Assembly: GCF_009914755.1 (NCBI RefSeq)
Contig: NC_060942.1
DNA: 64,000 bases
Direction: 5' to 3' (one strand)
DNA from: the human T2T-CHM13v2.0 reference genome, Homo sapiens
The number at the start of each line of letters is the position of its first letter. The stretch's first letter is position 1. The notes beneath the pieces are model-generated. The model saw only the letters and a program-made list of their open reading frames with translations. It ran no database searches and was not told the DNA's origin. Shown here one piece after another: positions 27,277 to 43,839 of this stretch. The translations under genes were made by a program, and so were the position numbers.

Positions 27277-28576
27277 ATTAAAGTTAAATGTTATAGATGT
27301 GAACGGATGGCAGCGAGCATTTGGGCTTGCAAAAGAGCTCTGACTCGGGATGAAAATGTTGCCTGTGGTGACAGAATTTATTTTCCAAGCACAAGGAGTT
27401 TTTAAGGATAAAAAGAAAAGGAAATTAATAAATGAAATTTGCCTGCCTCTAAAATCCGACCCCATCCTACCTGTCTAGCTTTATTTTTCCTGATGGAGAG
27501 CCACATCTCTGGTCTCCTCTCTGAAAGCCTGTATGCATTTCATATCTGGTTGAAAGGCCTCCTCCTCTGCCTCCTTTCTGTCCATAAGCTAAAGACTCAA
27601 TGGATATTGGTAACTTGATTTGTCATGCAATTCTTTGTTGTTGCTGTTTTTTTTTTTTTTTTCAAAGTCAAGGCTATTGATTTTTTCTCATTTTAAATGC
27701 CTACCTTCCACAGAGCTTTCTTTTATTATTAAAGTTATTATCATTTTTTAATGTGAGGATTTATGGAGTCACATGGCCTAGGAAAGATAGAACTACCCAG
27801 GCCATGAGATTCATATCTTAGGACCCACTGAGATCCCACATTGCAAAAATAGCTAATAACATGCAACCGGAATTGGCAATTTATAGAATCTCCTTGTCAG
27901 AGCTGTAAGAGACCACTGATATAATCTTTTCTAACTGTCTGGTGTGATTAATGAGCAAATTCTTTTATGTTCAAAAGGAGATTATCTGCCCTTTATGAAT
28001 AGGGTATACACTTTATCTGATTTTCTAAAAATAGATATGGTTAAAACTAAGAAACCCATAGACTGTTATCCAGGTATTTTTGCAATCAATACTTTAAATT
28101 TGTAAAGTGAATGATTGGGATTTTCCAAAATAGAGGTAAAAGTATAGAAGGGTGTAGTGATAAATCTGAACCAAACTTGGTCAGAGTCCCAACAGTAAAT
28201 ATTAAAAGAAAGTCTCCATAGATAAGTAGTGAGTATCCATCAGTTTGAGGAGCTTGTAGCATGGACACAACCAGAATTAATGTTGTTCCCAGCAGGACTC
28301 TTGTTTTTGAAAGTGGGTATGAGAATAAGGCTGGGGCCCAGTTGCAAAGAAGCAAGCGTGCATTCAGGTTTCACAGTAAGTATATAAATGTTCCAAGTAA
28401 TGAGAAAGACACCATTGTTAGGGATAAATTATGAGAAGAACATTCATCAGGTTTGTAATTTCCACATACTCCCTACTTTGTGTGCCAGCATAGTATGGTC
28501 CTAGACAATACATTGTACAGTGGCATATTCAATTTTACAGAAAAGACAAAGATGACTTTTTGGCTTTGGTTAACCC

Positions 28577-28608
28577 AGTATTTCCCAAACTCATCTTTAA
28601 CCATGGTT

Positions 28609-28648
<40 letters not shown>

Positions 28649-28718
28649 CGTGCATGTATGATATGCCTATTAACCACTCACAGAATTAGCATGCAACTAA
28701 ATCACTTTGGAAATGCAG
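28577..28718. mobile_element. Possible small hAT-Charlie MER element containing a (TG)n microsatellite (28612-28655)
   Basis: TIR-like ends cagtatttcccaaac ... ctttggaaatgcag. The microsatellite is certain; the element call is tentative. Confidence 0.4.
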
Positions 28719-30479
28719 ATCTACAAGTCCTATGTTTTAACTGCCTTGTGGTCTGGACTTGAAGTTCTAGTCCTGAGAGGGCTGAATGGCTTCAGCTATG
28801 GGGGTTACAATGCACATGGGGCAAGTGACTAGGCAGACTGAGATGAATTGAGTAAAGGTATACCTGCAGAAATTCATATATTTCGGTATACATTGAGGAA
28901 GAGATATAAATAAGGAAAGTAAAGATGATGATGAGAAGACAATATTTCTCTACGGATAAACTGAGTAGGTAAACCTGGTGGATGTAGTTGAATGTGGTAG
29001 GAAAGAAGGATCATTATTTTGAACATGGAATGGTAAGTATAAAATTGTATTAAAGGATAATTTACTGTGATGTCACATACGATGAAGTGTAAGAAGAAAA
29101 GGTAGAAGATAAGGCAGCCGAATGACATTTGGTTGAACTAAGAAAGCATGGAATGATATGGATCTGAAATTGGGTGATGACATTTTGAATGGAACCAAAT
29201 GTAGGAAGGAATGAATGAAAGACCAGATGTGGTATCTACCATGATAGTTAAAGAAAAAAGAGTTAAAGATTATTTTGGAATTTAGAGCCCCAGTGATTAG
29301 AGAAGTGGAGGGTTTTGTAACAGAAATGATACTGTTCCACAGGTAACCAGGACTTGAAATCTCATACGTAAGGAATGAAGGAAGGAAAAATCATCTCTCT
29401 GAGGAGATCTCTCTGAGGAGATCAGCAGAGATAAATAAGTATGTTAGTAAACAAGTTCAGAGTCATAATTATAATTAAATGTCGCAGCATCTATATAAAA
29501 GTGATACATAAGCAATGTTATGTGTTGGTTTAGATTATCCAAGGTTTTTTTACTATTACAGAATGTCTGTGTTGACCATATGGTTATGCCATGAAGTGCG
29601 AATTATAGCCAACTTCTTTTCCTTCTTTTAGAGTAAATCTTTCTTTTTTATTTCTTGATGTAGACCAATTATGAAATTTGGAAATTGTTTTTAAACACAT
29701 TATTGTGCTTTTATGGGGGTATAGCTTGAAACATGTTAGAGGGATGTACCATCTTTGCAATCTTTAAACAATAATTTTGGAAATATTTTCATCCACTTAC
29801 ACAATTAATAAACTAAAAAATTTTGAACATAAATTTCTCCAAATATTTAAACATGGATTGAAAACTTAAATGTTTTATAACTTCATATATCAGTTTCTCT
29901 TAAAGGCTTTAAACTGCTTAAAAGATTATAAAAGCCGATTTAGCAAAATTAACTTAAAAATTCCAGTAGTCATAATGGAATTATGACCACTTAACTTATT
30001 GGCCATAGAGAAGTTTTGATAGGAGGGTATCTGTCAGATGTGTGGGGATTTTGCGCTTTAGCATGTGGAGTAGTATTTAGTATTTTTGCTCTTTAGTATG
30101 TGGAGGGCTCCTCAGACATTGGCGAGAGAAACTACACTCTGGGTCTTTTCCACATTGATAGTAAGCTCCTGGAGACATGTTAAGCTGGTTTTATGCTTAG
30201 ACCCCAAAGTGGTGTGAAAATAACTTAAAACATTTAATTTAGTCAAATAATTAGTCAAGAAGCAACTTTTCTTATGACTGTTAAGTATCTGATCATTTGC
30301 AGATATTTAACTTTTTCACTAAAAATAAATGCTCATTTAACTGAAGTGCATTTGTGTAAAACACAATTGAATGTGTTTGCCTTCCTAAGAATGGACTTAT
30401 AATTACAAATTGTATAAAATGAGAATGATAGGTTAGAGAACAGATAAAAGCCCTTCTGCCAACAGATGCACAGTGAAAA

Positions 30480-30690
30480 TTATTCCAAGATTGAAAATTA
30501 GTATATATCCTGGCTCTCTTGTCACTTCCTGGTTGCCTTTTGGTGTGAAATTTCAACTTTCTGAGTCCTGATCCCTCATCTATAAAATGAAATGATAACT
30601 AATGTCTTACATGGTGGTGAGGGTGATTAAATTTGATAATAAATGTAGTAGTACATGCACAATGCAAGTCAATATGTTATCATCCTATGC
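30480..30690 (+). mobile_element. MIR
   Basis: ctttctgagtcctgatccctcatctataaaatgaaatgataac...ggtgagggtgattaaatttgataat. Confidence 0.75.
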
Positions 30691-31469
30691 TTTGGGTAGG
30701 TAACATGTAGAAGTATGACTAGATAATAATTATAACAGCTGATGAGACTTTATTTCTCCAAATTCAAGATGAACTTGAAGTGAATATGAATGGATAAGAA
30801 CTATTTTATTATAATATAAGATGACTTCTATGGAGGGTGAATGGTCAGAAGTAACATCAGTAATTCTTGTTTGTTTTTTAGGTGTCATAAACTTTCTAAG
30901 ACAGTGCCTTGCCTGAAGACTATGAGTTTCTGTGCATCCTAGGACCTTTATGGAAATTAGATAATTTTTGATGAAGTTAAACAATTATATTATAAGAAAC
31001 TCCTCAAATCAAGAATAAATAAAAACAAGAGTAGCATTAAAATTTACTGCAGAGTACATTAATACAGTTCAAATCTAAATGTCTGCTCTTGCATTTCTGT
31101 GACTTTTCATGCCATGCTGAAAATCTGGAATGGAAACTCTCATCCATCTTGGTGATTTCCTAGTGCCCTGAGGATGACTTCATTTAAAAGCATTTGAAGA
31201 TTTAAGTTCTTTCTGAGATGTGCTCTTGTTTTCAGGAATAAAAGTGACATTATGATGAGTTACTACGAAGTCCCTATTCATTTACCAGTTTTAGGCTTCC
31301 AAAAATTAGCTGTCATTTTCAGAGTTTAAATTCTTTAGCTTATAAAATGGACTTGTGTGGGGCTCAATGACTAATATTGTGTAGTTTACCTCCCACATAC
31401 TTGGTGCTCTCCCTTTCACCTATGCATGCTGTCTTTTCTGCCTCAGGTGCACTTCTGCAAAGGTTCAGA

Positions 31470-32500
31470 CAATCATTGAGGTAGTGGAGAAAGGTCACGT
31501 AAAGTCCTTGAGGGTTTTGTCAGAACTTTGGCTTTTGCTTTGAATAACTTGAGGAATCATCAGATGTTTTTGAGCAGAAGAATAAGATGATCTTCATTTA
31601 AAACTGTAACTCTAGCTACAGTGTAAAGAAAAGATGGTGAGGGACAAGGTTGGAAATAAAGACTAGTTGGGAAACTACTGAATTAGCCCAGCTGAGGGAC
31701 AGTGGTGGCTGGAGTTGGTGTACTGTGGAGATTCTGGATGTATTTCGGAGTTGGGGCCAAAGATATTGACAGATTGGGTATAAGAATGACTTGGAGATTA
31801 ACATGATTAAAAATAATTTTGGACTGAGAAAATTGAAAAGAATGGAATTGTGATTTACTGACAAGGGTATAACTGATGAAAACCAGGCCTTAAGAGGGGG
31901 ATGTCAAGAGTTAGGATTTAGACGTGTTAAGTTTGAACTGCCTATTAGACATCCAAATAAGGCTGTCCCTTGTGTTGTGGGATATGTCTGTAATTTGGAG
32001 GGTAAGGTAAATAAAGAGGACAGGCAAAGGTGGGCAGGATGCTATTTTATATAGGATTATAAGGGAAGACTTCTTTGTCACTGTAACATTTAAGAACAGA
32101 CTTGAAGAAAAGAAATAAATTAATAACTAAAACTATCAATCTAGGACTTCTGGGGGATCTATGTAGTTTTTTGTAGCCACTTGACTGAATGAGATTGCCT
32201 AGGCAGTTGGTGTAGGTAGAGACTAAACAAGTCCAAGGACTGAGCCATGGGACTCTCCCACATTTAGAGGTTGGAAAATTTAGGAGCAATCAACAGAGGA
32301 AGTTGAGGAGCAGTCAATATAACATTAGGCAAACCATGAGGGAGTGATGTCTTAGAAACCAAGTGAAGAAAGTTTTTCCAGAAAGAAGGAATGAAGCACT
32401 GTGACAAACACTACAGAGAAGTTATATAAGATGAGAACTGAGAATTGAAAATGAAATTGGGCAATGTAAAGATCGTCATGATTTTGATGGGATCTATTTC
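31470..32500 (-). mobile_element. L2 fragment(s)
   Basis: Antisense L2 motifs: ctttggcttttgctttgaat, gactagttgggaaactactg, gacgtgttaagtttgaactgcctattagacatcca, ggactgagccatgggactctcc, ataagatgagaactgagaattga. Confidence 0.85.
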
Positions 32501-35500
32501 TGTGATCTGGGCTCAGCTTATGAGCCCAGGGAAAACTTCTTGTTTCTCATTGTGTATGATTCCTGGTAAGCATTATTTTTCATCTTTAGCTACTGGGTTA
32601 TAAAGAATAACTTTCTTTTACATCAGTTAAAAGGATTAGAGTTGTGGGTACCCTTGGTAGACTAGTAATTTGATGCCCTTTCAAAATGATATTATTGAAA
32701 TAGTTAAGATGAGGAGGAACTTATTTTAATGTACCATATAAATTGGCCCCCAGACAGCTGCTCATCTAGCTCACTCCTTAACAGAGCTCTGATCCAAATG
32801 GCCACTCATAGTGACAGATGGTTGAAGTAGTATGAGTGCATGGGAGGTGGAAGGAGCAATGGGCCAATAATCAAGAGATGTGGACCCTGGCCTGGGCCCT
32901 GTCACTGCCCAACTCTTCTATCTGCAACTATTAGCAAGTTATTTGATCTTTATAGGTAGTAATGCTTCTTAGAATTGAATTAAATAATCTTTAATATCAT
33001 CTTTAAATTCTAAAAAGAAGGCACTTTCATTATCAATCATATATGCGTATTATTGAAAGAGATGTAGCTGTAGGAAGAGGGGAAATAACACGCTGAAGAA
33101 CAATGGTGAATGTCTCTTATATCTAAAACGAATGCTGCAACCATCTTCGCAGCTGCTGCCAGCCCAGAACACCTGAGACACATTAGTTCATTTAGCAGAG
33201 GCTTTTACATCACCTTCAGGTGTCCATTGTGAATCCCCTGTGAGACTGATCTAGTAAGAATGTCTTGGGCTCTTTTTGGGAGAGAGAAAATTCTCTGTCC
33301 CTAGGTTATTCTTGCCTGGAAGGCTAGTTTTAAACTTAATATAAAGATTTTCCAGATGCAGCAGTCTCTGGTTTTTCTGACTGTCTGTACAGCTCTAGGT
33401 GTGAACTATATATTCCTGCCACTTTCAACTCAGTGCGCTGCTGGCTGCTCAGAATGACTTAAAGGCTTGCATCCCACTCCTGGCCAAGCTGATCGAAACA
33501 CTAGTTTTAGTTATGACATGACCCAGTTATGGCATAAACAATCCTTTATCCACAAAGTATACTTAAGCCTCCTGAGGATGGCTATATGCTAACTTCATAA
33601 CCTAGAGAGGGCAACAATACATGCTGTGTAAACACATAATATTGTAATGAATTGAACTGAATTTATTAGAATCCATTATGTCCCTCAGGACCAGAAATGT
33701 TCTGGCTAAGAAGCAAGAGTCACATAGATGATTTTGCCAGACCCTAGCACAAATAGAAATCAAATAATGTGTGTCAATTGACCTGTTAAACTGAATTTCT
33801 TCCATGGAGACATATTTTATGTCTTAATTGGCTCAAAATAAATGTATTACCTCGTTGTCTAGGTAAGGATTCTTTGTTAATGTCTACTTTTCCTTATGCC
33901 CTATTCTATCCAAACACATATGATTCTTGACCAGTGCATTTAGCAAATATGGGAATTGACCATTTTCAATTGTTTTGGCATTCATGAGGATGTTGATAAA
34001 GGTAGGGGTTGGGGGCAGAGCTGATTCTTTAATGATTTTCTGCAAATGAACATAGGCTAAGTTACAACAGAATTAATGTGAAATTAAATATTACAGTAAG
34101 GCTATTATCAAAAGAGGTCATGGTGATGAATGGCGTATTTAAATGAGACCACCAGAAGGAATTAGAGCTGAAGCCTATTAATCCCAGTCAGTCTGCAAGA
34201 CTCCATTTTTATGCAGATTAAACTATATTTCAGGTTGATAAATCATCATGACATACTCTGTGACAAGAGCCAAATTTCTTTCCCTTTCTTTATTTCTGTG
34301 TGGTTAGGGCTACAGCAGGGTGGATACAGCTTAGTGAGAACTTCCCTCACTAATGGGCAGCACTGATTGAGATGAGTGGCAGATGATCATTTGGTTCATA
34401 TTGTTGGACCTCTGGTTTGACTTCCTTTTCTTTTAGGATGACAGCCAGTGAATTTGGAGCTGCCAATAATTGCAGAATTATTTATGTGGTTTTGTGTGTG
34501 TGTGTGTATGGGTGTGTTGGCACTGTGTGCTGTTCTTACTCCTGCTGCTTTTCCTTAGGAATCCAGTTGCATTTCCCAGATTTTCTTTTTCTGTTTGGAA
34601 AAATCTTGGTGCCACTAATATATTTTCCCTTCCTTAAATTAAGTGAAATTTAATAAAATATTTCCGGAAAAACTGGTGTGCTTTATTTGGAGGTTCCAAT
34701 TAAACCATTGTAAACATAACACAGATAAAGTCCATGTTATTTGCCCAATTGAAAATAGTTGCTCCAGAACACGTGATGGAAATGGGATGATGGATAACAC
34801 AGCTGGGAGCAAGGGCAGCTAGCTTAGCCCTACACTAACCAGCCCTCTGACCTTGGACAAATCACTAAAATTAAAACCTATAGCACAGTACATTGTGCAT
34901 GATAGGTTCTCAAAGAATATTTAGTATTAGGTGGAGTGTACTGAACTCCTCTAATTCCAGACTTCCTTCTAAATTAGGCAGCATATCTTGCATGGATGGA
35001 AAATGTGACAGCTGCAATTGACCCACCTGCCTACAAAAATAGCCTGCTTGCTCTCACTCGTCTCGACAAATTCTCAGTATGAACAACTTCCTAGCTTAAT
35101 TTAGCATTATTTAGCTTTTTAAAGTTTTTGAGAATGCCTTAATCTCTTTGATAGTAGTAGTCCCTGCAGCCTAGGAAGAACAGGCATCGTTATTCGCCTG
35201 AGGAAGAGCCACAGCGGCAGATAATTGTGGCTTCTCCGAAGCGAAGCACAATTCTAGTGCTTCAGCTCTCCTGAAGTACAAGAACTCTGATCTCCAATGT
35301 AGAGGGCTGTGTTCTGTCCTGTGTTGCTACTAACCCAGGTTGTAACTGTTTCCTTGCAAAACAACTTGGAGGGTAATATTATTTCATGAGAAAAAAAAAT
35401 GGCCAATGATAATTAATTACCTTTTGGTCCTGAGGGCCATGGACATCTGAGAGGGATTGAAATCGGGGTTTGCCCCGGTATCCCTTACCATCATTGTTGC

Positions 35501-36060
35501 TTGGGTGTGCTTCTTGCCACTTTCCATACCGCTGACTGACCCATTGAGCAGCGAATGGGCTAGGGAAGGCAGGAAATTGGCTTGTTCCCCAGAAGCATCA
35601 CATTGTGGTTGTAGCATGACCCAGTTATGTCAGGAGCAGCATGTCTCACAGAGGGAAATAGCCTGGAGCCTGGCCAGGGCAGGAGAGAAGCCACATGGTT
35701 GGTGAGTACTGGATGCTCTCTCTGTGGCAGGAAGCAGCCTCCTAGCTGTGTGCCATCTTGGAAGCTTGCAATATTGCCAAAACTAAGGCAGGGCCTTCTT
35801 GTTTATAGAGGAGGTATCTTTATAAGGACTATTGTAATTCTCCACTAAACATATATGACCTCTACCTGATATGGGTATCCGAGATTCCCTTGTTAGAGAA
35901 CAAAGACTTTTGATTCTATTGCTGGAGACTAGGCATAGAGTGCAAAACCCCTGGTACAGAGAACATGTTGAGTTTAAAGTTATGCACATCAGGGCAGTGT
36001 ACATGACTGGTTGCACTAACTTCAGAAGGAGGGTGAGAGCTGGGATTCCCAGGCATGTAA

Positions 36061-36090
36061 ACACACACACACACACACACACACGCACAC
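36061..36090. repeat. (CA)n microsatellite
   Basis: Directly visible. Confidence 0.95.
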
Positions 36091-36480
36091 TTCTACATAT
36101 TCTCTTGTTTTTCTTATGCTGTTTCCTCTGCCTAGAATCTTACTATGGCTAATTTCTAGTCATCTCTCAAGACAGGGCTCGGAGCTTACTCACCTTGTGA
36201 AGTATTCCCTGTTTCTCATCCTGTTGCCTGGTTTGACTTTACCCTCTTTCTCTGGGCTTCTACTGTACCCCATGCATGTTTCTACTGTGACATGTGTTAT
36301 GCTATATTTTCATACATCGTTTTTCTCGAGCATGTTCATAGATGTACCTTTATAGAAAGCATTCTTTTGTGTTTAAGTTTTGAGACTGTATTTGACTTAT
36401 TAAATTTAAAAATGTAGAAATCTAGTTCTGGGGACATCATTTTTATTTTTATTTATTTATTTTTAGTTTTATAATTTTTA

Positions 36481-36762
36481 TTTTAATTTTTAAAATCTTT
36501 AAAGTTCCGGGATACACGTGTGGGATGTTCAGATTTGTTACACAGGTAAAGGTGTGCCATGGTGGTTTGCTGCACCTATCAGCCCATCACTTCGGTATTA
36601 AGACCAGCATGCATTAGCGATTTTTCCTGATGCTCTCCCTCCCCAGCCCTCATCACCATGGGCACCATTGTGTGTTGGTTCCCTCCCTGTGTCCATGTGT
36701 TCTCATTGTTCAGCTCGCACCTATAAGTGAGAACAACTGGTATTTGATTTTCTGTTCCTGCA
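36481..36762 (-). mobile_element. Short 3'-end fragment of an older L1PA (L1PA8-like) with its own direct repeats
   Basis: gtgtgccatggtggtttgctgcacctatc...ggtattaagaccagcatgcattagc diagnostics; flanked by TTAGTTTTATAATTTTTA at 36463-36480 and 36763-36780. Confidence 0.85.
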
Positions 36763-36780
36763 TTAGTTTTATAATTTTTA

Positions 36781-39967
<3,187 letters not shown>

Positions 39968-41094
39968 TTAGAGTTAATGAAAAAGAACACAAGACATCTA
40001 TATATTCATTAACTGAAATCAATTTTATTGTCCTTCCTATATTTCATAATAGGGTTCTCATAACATCCTGGATATGGATAAAATTCAGGTCCCAGTGTTC
40101 CCATGCTACTCTGAGCCATTTGCTTGTATCTCATACCCCCATGATGCAAGGAACCATGTCTCACATGAGGGGAACTCATGAAGACTTGTCAATGGGACAG
40201 AAGGACCCTCCAACCTGAGAGTGAGGTTCTCTTTTACTCCAGTGTCAGAGGTTGCTTGGCTCTCTACAGAGATTCAGCTGGACTTCTAGATGGTTTGTTG
40301 GAACACAATTGAATTTAGAAACATTCAGAATATAGCTATGCAGTGATATATGTAGGGAGAAGATAGCTGTTGAGATGCTTATGGGTGAGGTAGCTGTTCC
40401 TCTGAGAGGGCAAGGGAAAGGAGTGGCCATGGGGGTGGGGAGGCAAACTTAGCCTCCCACAGAAGCCATTATTCTGTCCCTTCACAATTATAACTGTGAT
40501 ATCCACTATCCTAATGAGTCAGCTGAGTCTCTGTCCTGCAAGTTCATAGATTTGGCTGCCCCATGCCTGGGTACCAAGGCATTCTCAAATTGTGATTCTA
40601 AAATTCCTAGGAGTTCGAGGCTTAACCCTGATCACATCACCAGTGCTAAAGTAACATGACATGATTAATTCTTCTAGACCTCTGCCCTTACTCTAAACCT
40701 AGCTGTTCCACTAGCCAACCCATCACACTACTGTCTCCTCTATCAGATGATTCATACTCCATGCACTGATATTGTTCTAGAATGTTGTGGAAAGATCTTT
40801 GGCTCAAATATAGGAACTAAAAAAGTCCCATCGTTGGTTCTCATGTCACTTGGCTGTCTACATGCATCGATTTTAGGAGTCCAAATCTTACTTGGCTCTG
40901 AGTCTTTGTTCTCTCACTTCCTTAACTGAACTTCTGATCTGTGTCTTAGCTCACTTTCTGGACACATTGTCTGGCCTATCTGACATACAGGATTTTTATA
41001 AACCAATCTAAATACCATCAGAAAATAGTAAAGGAGAGAGCGAATTGGTGAGAAGAGTGGTTCTCACAGTCCGGAAACTAATTTTCAATTGACT

Positions 41095-41272
41095 ACCATA
41101 GTTCCTTGATCCTGAAAAGCGCACTTGTTTTCTACAATTGTGTATCTCTGAAATTAAGGTGTCCTATAATTAATAATTAAATCTAATGTAGAAAGTATCT
41201 TTCTTTTTTTCTGAAAAACTTTTATTGGATCAGTGTGTTGAATCTGTGCTCAAATCTAAGAATGAAGAACGA
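41095..41272. mobile_element. Probable MER104-like (TcMar-Tc2) non-autonomous DNA transposon
   Basis: ccatagttccttgatcctgaaaagcgcac...tatctctgaaattaaggtgtcctataat resembles the MER104 left end. Confidence 0.45.
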
Positions 41273-41639
41273 AGGAATTATTATATGCCTGCAAATATTT
41301 TGGTTATGTTGATTTGCTAGCCCTAAGGGCATTAAGGTATGTTGTACAGCTAGGAAAAGTGAAATGAGTAAAGAGAAGAAAATCAGGGATCAGCCAGGGA
41401 GCATAGGGCTAGTTTTTCATTTTGACCTCCAATTCTTTCATAATTATTTGCTCTGAGCATCTGGGCCTCATTCCTTGATCTTGTATGCCTCAGGCTGCTT
41501 CTTTGTCTTTGTGGTTGAGGTTAGTGGAGGCTGTGTCTGAATTTAATATCCTGCTTTCTTATAGCGAGCTGATCCTTTCAAGGCACAGGTAATTCAGCAA
41601 CACCCAAAATATTATTTGCATTTGTGGGGATTGGGGGCA

Positions 41640-41832
41640 GAGTTCCTATATACCAGAGCAAGTGCTTTATGGGTATATACATTTTATAATTTAATTCTCA
41701 GAACAAACCTATGAAGTGGTATTTTCTCAGTTTTACATATAGGGCAGCAGGCCTAAAGATGCTCAGTAAATTACCTGTTTTTGACCCAAGGAATTTGCAA
41801 AGAATTTAACAATGTTAATCTCTGAAATCCAT
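41640..41832 (-). mobile_element. MIR
   Basis: atttaattctcagaacaaacctatgaagtggt...cagttttacatataggg. Confidence 0.7.
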
Positions 41833-41928
41833 TTTATGGCATTATCCTGACCCTCAATAGACCTTTATACCACCTTAATTGGATATTGTGAAGATGAATA
41901 TGTTCACAATCTCTCCCACATATGCATG

Positions 41929-41929
<1 letters not shown>

Positions 41930-41959
<30 letters not shown>
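41930..41959. repeat. (CA)n microsatellite
   Basis: Directly visible. Confidence 0.95.
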
Positions 41960-41963
<4 letters not shown>

Positions 41964-43030
41964 ATCAGCAACTTTATTGAGGAAAAGTTTAGGTCTGGAG
42001 ACAGGAGGTAGGGATAGAAAAGTACCTGGTACATAGATATGGAGAAAGGAATTGAGTGCAGGCCAGAGAGCCTGCAGCCTTCAGTACTGGGTTAGAACAG
42101 CTATGTGCACACACAATAGGAAGCCATTGCAATGCTGAAAACTGAGGAACAAGGAAGGATTCTGAGAGGTCATCTAATATCTTTCCTGTTTTCAGACAGC
42201 TCCAGATTTAAGCTATTCTGAAAGCATTTATGTGGAATTTGAAATGAAATGTAGCTGCTTAGTCTTTAATAGAAGACAAACAAAATGCAGGAGCTTGTGG
42301 GTCGATTCTGAACAAGGTATCTTTTTTTAATGCATCACACTGGGGGGTGAACACATATTTGAAAGGGCTTAGAATGCACATAAAGGCTCTGTACTTTGAC
42401 CTTGACCAATGCCAGAGAATGCAAATCCCCACAGTAAGAAACTACCACCCAGAACTATAAATAAAAAGAAAATGAGAAATAAATGAGCTACATGTTGGTA
42501 TTTTGTGACAAATCCCCCAGATTGTTGAGAAGAATACCACACAAACTCATCCTGGAATGTTGAGATCCATAACATATGTACAAAATGCAAAAGCCACTCT
42601 TCTTAATGCTTCTTTATGGGCTGCTTCTCCATGGGGTTGTCCTGAAAAAAATGTGTTTTGGGAAGTAAAAGAGAACCTTCACTCTAAGATCTTAGTTCTG
42701 CAGTGCTTAAATCCCTCTCACAGTGACAAACAGAGACCATAACTGATGCTTTTGAAGTTAGGTTTAATCTAAGAAAAGATTCTTAAGCTTTTAACACGAC
42801 TCTGGATAGAATAGCTGGATCAGGATTTTTTTTTTAATATCATCTGAATGTCACTGAACAAAGCATTTGGAGATGGAGGAAGCATAGGGCATTATTAACT
42901 GGAGGAAAAGTGATGACTTTTCCCTTTTTGTTCATTCTTAATAAATTATGTGCTTTCAGCTAAAATAAATGGGGCTCAGTATTCATAACCATTTCACACT
43001 TCACGTTAACTCTTTTTTGTTGTTCCTCAG

Positions 43031-43142
43031 CTCCCTGAGAGCCAAGTTCTTTATGAAGGCTTGTTTTTATTACCTGAATTAATCTAGAGTTCTAGGTGGT
43101 AAAGATTATCCCCTGAAACCGTGAATGAGAAAATGGATATAG
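43031..43142 (+). other. Exon-like segment, 112 bp, non-coding
   Basis: Branch-like GTTAAC plus tcttttttgttgttcctcAG acceptor; donor TAG|GTGAGG; stops in all three frames. Motif evidence only. Confidence 0.3.
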
Positions 43143-43216
43143 GTGAGGTGCTTTTCCTCTGCTGCTTATCATAATTTACAGTGATCTGGATTGCAAGTTT
43201 TAGGGGAGATTTTGTC

Positions 43217-43420
43217 CAGTTGTTTGTTGGTAGATGTTTAACAACTGGCTCTCCAGAAAAGAAAAATAAATAAATAAAAAGAGAAAAAAATCCCCACTGA
43301 TAACCGTGTTTGACAATTTCGTTGGTATAAATACTCTAACCAATGTTGAATTCAACCTACCAGTGCCTTAACAACTGGCCAAATTTTGCCAATTGGCAGT
43401 TGTTAGTGCTGACTTCAACC
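43217..43420. mobile_element. MER63-like hAT-Blackjack DNA transposon
   Basis: cagttgtttgttggtagatgtttaacaactggctctcc start with repeated ttaacaactggc motifs. Confidence 0.65.
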
Positions 43421-43660
43421 TTTCATTATCTCTTTTAGTTTTGCTTCTCAAAATCCTCTCAATCAAAATTGGAAAGATCATTTGAATAAGCAGAAACCAC
43501 CACCACCATCACCACCACCACACTACATTAAGTCAAGCAAAATCACAATGTACCCATAAGTATGTGCAATTATCGTGTCACCTACAATTTTTTAAAAATA
43601 AAACATTTAAAAAAGAAGTCAAACTGAATACTGAACCCTGTAACACATCACTAGGGAATA

Positions 43661-43839
43661 CAGTATGTCCTTATTTAAACTTGCCTATAGGTTTTTGGAT
43701 ATACTGTATGTTATAGAAACTTAACTCTTATTTATATCAATTAGCCTATGGTAAAATTATTTCTTTAATGCAGTACATTGTTTCACTTGAAGTCAAACTT
43801 TTCAAAAACCTATTGACAATGTTATAGGAGGACTCACTG
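43661..43839. mobile_element. TcMar-Tigger MITE (MER47-like)
   Basis: Imperfect TIRs cagtatgtccttatttaa / ttataggaggactcactg with TA on both sides; subterminal ataggttttt / aaaaacctat. Confidence 0.7.

Noticed and set aside
32507-32529. Perfect 9-bp hairpin CTGGGCTCA-gctta-TGAGCCCAG
   Set aside because: Too short for a pre-miRNA, and about one such stem is plausible by chance in 64 kb.
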